Shown piece after piece: positions 60,886 through 64,000 of a stretch of DNA of 64,000 nucleotides. Source of the DNA: an uncultured Candidatus Saccharibacteria bacterium (GTDB taxonomy: Bacteria; Patescibacteriota; Minisyncoccia; Phycocordibacterales; UBA918); the NCBI GenBank assembly GCA_964552045.1, contig CAZKFF010000002.1:3855-67854 (forward strand), written 5' to 3'. The notes under the pieces are model-generated. The model saw nothing but the letters and a program-made list of their open reading frames with translations, did no database searches and was not told where the DNA came from. A program made the position numbers and the translations under genes. Every line of letters begins with the position of its first letter. Positions within the stretch are counted from its first letter, which is position 1.

Positions 60886-60986
60886 TCGATACAATTTTTC
60901 TTTGCAGTGTGGTGTAGCGATGTGTTTTGATCAAAAGTAGAATATGCACGTTTGGATATTTTGAAGTGGTAGAAGTATTACTTCGT

Positions 60987-61181
60987 CGGAGTATAGCGCA
61001 GCCTGGTAGCGCATCTGTTATGAGTGAAGTCCTCGTTACTCGTCGCCTTCTCCTCTCCGGAGGAAGGAACGAAAATCGAACTCTGATTCGCAGCGATGCC
61101 GCAGGGAGTCTGCACAACAGCTCCTAGGCTTCGGACTTCTGGAGCAGGGGGTCGAAGGTTCAAATCCTTCTACTCCGACCA
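60987..61181 (+). tRNA. tRNA-like gene with encoded CCA interrupted by a ~118-nt intervening sequence (tentatively tRNA-Gln CUG)
   Basis: Perfect 7-bp acceptor CGGAGTA/TACTCCG, canonical D-arm GCGC-AGCCTGGTA-GCGC, T-arm GAAGG-TTCAAAT-CCTTC, CCA; anticodon stem TCTGT(61014-18)/GCAGG(61144-48) forms only if 61019/20-61136/37 is removed, leaving loop UUCUGGA. Confidence 0.45.
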
Positions 61182-61310
61182 CTTCAATAGCTCGTCGTCT
61201 GAGAGAATGCGACGGGCTCGGCATCCCTCTTTTGAACCGCATTGAGAGAGGGATGCCACTACTTCAGAATATCCAAACACGTCGCACACGCATGCGTATT
61301 GAAGGTTTAA

Positions 61311-61420
61311 AGTTGGTGCTTTGGCCAAGAGGGTACACCTGTTCTCATTCCGAACACAGAAGTTAAGCTCTTCCGCACCGATGGTACTCCGCAAGGGGGA
61401 GAGTAGGTTGGCGCCAACTT
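61311..61420 (+). rRNA. rrf: 5S ribosomal RNA
   Basis: CCGAACACAGAAGTTAAGC and GGTACTCCGCAAGGGGGAGAGTAGG conserved blocks; terminal helix gttggtgc/gcgccaac. Confidence 0.85.
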
Positions 61421-61432
61421 TAAGCTTTCAAA

Positions 61433-61463
61433 AGAAAAAGACCGAGGTTAACCTCGGTCTTTT
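61433..61463 (+). terminator. Intrinsic terminator of the rRNA transcription unit
   Basis: aaaaagaccgagg ttaa cctcggtctttttc. Confidence 0.85.
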
Positions 61464-61511
61464 TCTTTTGATGCCAACGAAATTTGCAGCTTAAAGGTGG
61501 CGCCCGTCCAG

Positions 61512-61538
61512 CGATTTGTCCTAGGAAGGGACAAATCG
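61512..61538. promoter_or_regulatory. Perfect 10-bp inverted repeat (cgatttgtcc taggaa gggacaaatcg) upstream of the aminotransferase gene
   Basis: Seen directly; operator-like palindrome ~115 nt before ATG 61654. Confidence 0.4.
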
Positions 61539-61653
61539 GGACATAAGTTCGCGATAGTTGCTGCGCTCGTTTGCCCACTTAACTTTAAGTCTGAGAGATT
61601 GCTTATGGGCGCTGTTACGTTCTTTGTACATCCTTTGTTATACTGCGTAATAC

Positions 61654-62967
61654 ATGAGAAATACCATTACCCATCCAGGCGCATCCAGCCTGGTCTATGA
61701 AATACGCGAGATCGTCGAGGTAGCAAAGAAGCTCGAGGCGCTTGGGCTTCCCATCATTTGGGAGAACATCGGCGACCCTGTAGCCAAAGGCGAGGGTGTT
61801 GCGCCGTGGATAAAGGAATACGCTTCACAGGCACTCCTTTTGGATATGACCTATGCGTATTCACCGACAAAAGGATTGCTGCAGACACGTGAGTACATTG
61901 CCACGGAACGCAACCTTGAGGGGGGGATACAGATCACCGCCGATGACATTCTCTTCTTCAATGGCCTCGGAGACGCAATATCGAAACTGTACAAATGTCT
62001 GCACCCGAATGTCCGCGTGATCGGTCCAAACCCTGCCTACCCGACGCATTCCTCTGCCGAGGCCGCTCATGCCGACCGACCACATATCACGTACTCGCTT
62101 GATCCGCACAACGGATGGGCGCCTGATCTCGAAGAAATGGAGCGGAAGATCCACGACCATCCAGAGATCGGCGGCATTCTTATCGTCAATCCGGACAATC
62201 CAACGGGGTATGTGTATCAGGAAGGGACATTGCGGAAGATTGTCGATATCGCCCGGAGGCATGATCTGTTCATCATTACCGACGAGATATATTCAAACCT
62301 TTCCTACGGCGTGCCGTACAAGAAGCTCGCTGCGGTCATCGGCGACGTCCCTGCGATCGCCATGCGGGGCATTTCCAAGGAGTTCCCCTGGCCGGGCGGG
62401 CGCTGCGGATGGATAGAGTTCTACAACCGCGACAAGGATGAGGATTTCAATATCTATGCAAAATCGCTTATCGATATGAAGATGCTTGAAGTCTGCTCGA
62501 CGACGCTGCCGCAGCTTGTGCTGCCGCAGGTAATGAGCGATGAGCGGTACTATCCGATGCTTCAGAAGCGGAGCGAGACCTATCAGGCCCGCGCGCAGCA
62601 TGCATATGATGAGCTCTCAGCCATACCGGGAGTGATCCTCCATAAGCCCAATGGCGCGTTCTACATGACACTCGTCTTCGAGGAGGGCGTGCTCACTGTG
62701 ACACAGTCGCTTCCGTTTGCCAGCACCGCGGTCGGGGAGGTTATGACTCCGCTCATTACCGATGACACCACGCTTGATAAACGGTTCGTGTATTATCTCC
62801 TCGCGGCAAAGGGCGTGTGCGTGGTGCCGCTTACCTCCGGTTTCAATTCAACGTATAACGGGTTCCGTTTCACCGTTCTCGAAGAGGATGAGAATGTATT
62901 CAAACAGACGATTGCGACGATCAAAGAAGCGATCACTGCATATACTGCCTCAGGGTCAAAGACCTGA
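61654..62967 (+). CDS. PLP-dependent aminotransferase, class I/II (aspartate/alanine aminotransferase-like)
   Basis: 437 aa; fold-type I aminotransferase pattern (IVNPDNPTG; SKEF PLP-lysine region). Confidence 0.85.
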   Translation: MRNTITHPGASSLVYEIREIVEVAKKLEALGLPIIWENIGDPVAKGEGVAPWIKEYASQALLLDMTYAYSPTKGLLQTREYIATERNLEGGIQITADDILFFNGLGDAISKLYKCLHPNVRVIGPNPAYPTHSSAEAAHADRPHITYSLDPHNGWAPDLEEMERKIHDHPEIGGILIVNPDNPTGYVYQEGTLRKIVDIARRHDLFIITDEIYSNLSYGVPYKKLAAVIGDVPAIAMRGISKEFPWPGGRCGWIEFYNRDKDEDFNIYAKSLIDMKMLEVCSTTLPQLVLPQVMSDERYYPMLQKRSETYQARAQHAYDELSAIPGVILHKPNGAFYMTLVFEEGVLTVTQSLPFASTAVGEVMTPLITDDTTLDKRFVYYLLAAKGVCVVPLTSGFNSTYNGFRFTVLEEDENVFKQTIATIKEAITAYTASGSKT

Positions 62968-62982
62968 ATGCTACAATAAACC

Positions 62983-64000
62983 CATGTTTCGAAAGTGGGC
63001 ATTCTGGCGCCAGGTACAGTATGGAACGGGTTTTCTTTTTTTCTGCCTCTGTGTGGGTACCGTACTGTACATGCATTTCTTCTATCAGGCACCAAGCTGT
63101 CTTGACGGATTCCAGAACGGTGAGGAGAAGGGAATAGACTGCGGCGGAGCCTGTACGCGGATCTGTGCATTTGAAGCCCTTGTTCCCGAGGCGAAATGGG
63201 CCCGCAGTTTCAGAGTGACAAACGGGCAATACAATGCAGTTGCATACATTGAGAACAAGAACCGTATTGCAGCTTCGCCTGAGGTTACCTATACATTTGC
63301 CCTCTATGACGAACAAGGGCTCATCACAGAACGGAAAGGTACGACCATATTGCCACCCGACAGCGTGTATCCGGTCTTTGAGGCGCGGATCGACACGAAC
63401 GGGCGGACTCCGACCCAGACGTTCATCACCATTGACCCGGTCGAGCTGTGGCTTCCGGCCCAGATCGGACGCGATCAGTTCACCATCACCGACCGCAGGC
63501 TCTCCGGAGCCGACGATACACCGAAGCTCGAGGCGAAGATCCGCAATAATGCGCTCACGGGAGCGGACGAGGTCGAGGTGGTCGCGACTATCTTCGACGC
63601 AAGCGGCAATGCACTCACGTCTTCTCGAACCTTTATTGATGATTTTGCTCCCCGCAGCGAAGTGACAGCCGTCTTTACCTGGCCTGAACCGATAGCGAAG
63701 ACCGTTCGCAGCTGCGAAGTGCCGACAGACGTCATCCTTGCCATCGATCTCTCCGGAAGTATGAACAATGACCAGGGCAATCCGCCAGAGCCGATCACGT
63801 CGGTACTTACAGCGGCAGAGGCTTTCGTGCACCGGCTGAAATCGGCGGATCAGGCAGGCTTGGTCACGTTCGCCACAAACGCGGTACTACAGAAGCGGCT
63901 TACGTCCGATGTTGCTATAATCGCGCAGACTATCGCAGACCTTGCCATTGATCCGGAAGAAGAGGTCGGAAGCACCAACCAGGGAGAAGCGTTCCGCAGG
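62983..64000 (+). CDS. Membrane-anchored von Willebrand factor A (vWA) domain protein (3' end beyond the window)
   Basis: Manual translation shows an open frame from ATG 62983 to the window end; N-terminal TM helix; MIDAS motif DLSGSM; the listed minus-strand ORF 62933-63832 is judged antisense noise. Confidence 0.6.

Noticed and set aside
62933-63832. 299-aa minus-strand ORF listed in the six-frame track
   Set aside because: Manual translation shows the plus strand is open from ATG 62983 to the window end and encodes a vWA (DxSxS) domain protein; the minus ORF is its antisense shadow

Overview
This is a 64 kb bacterial chromosomal segment of roughly mid-50s % GC, dense with housekeeping genes. 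It holds a co-localised dNTP/thymidylate module (nrdA, nrdB, folA, a dCMP-deaminase-family gene, thyA, dut, tmk, glyA), four aminoacyl-tRNA synthetases (argS, ileS, glyQS, metG), secE-nusG-rplK, rpsF-ssb-rpsR, rplJ-rplL, efp, recA, ftsK, recO, tatD, mscL, an ECF sigma factor, a MATE exporter, and a 23S-5S rRNA locus with no 16S upstream. The ribosomal protein genes are scattered, no rplA sits next to rplK, and many small membrane proteins of unknown function are present. This is compatible with a reduced-genome lineage, possibly CPR/Patescibacteria-like, but that cannot be established from sequence alone.

The findings I would follow up first:
1. ileS carries an in-frame ~200-aa histidine-phosphatase (PGAM-like) domain inside its catalytic core.
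2. A 3.4 kb nirK-like plus FAD-oxidase cassette is bounded by 126-bp direct repeats derived from the 3' end of a DUF1360 gene, with an orphaned pseudo-copy of that 3' end and a 9-bp inverted repeat at the right junction.
3. A tRNA-like gene with an encoded CCA and a ~118-nt intervening sequence sits between 23S and 5S.
4. Two tRNA-3'-end-like direct repeats lie next to tRNA-Pro.
5. Two GalT-branch HIT paralogues flank thyA.
6. An orphan beta-class DNA methyltransferase is co-operonic with a metzincin.
7. Several leader or sRNA-like elements end in intrinsic terminators, one with clear mutually exclusive antiterminator and terminator pairings.

No CRISPR array, transposase or integrase was seen.
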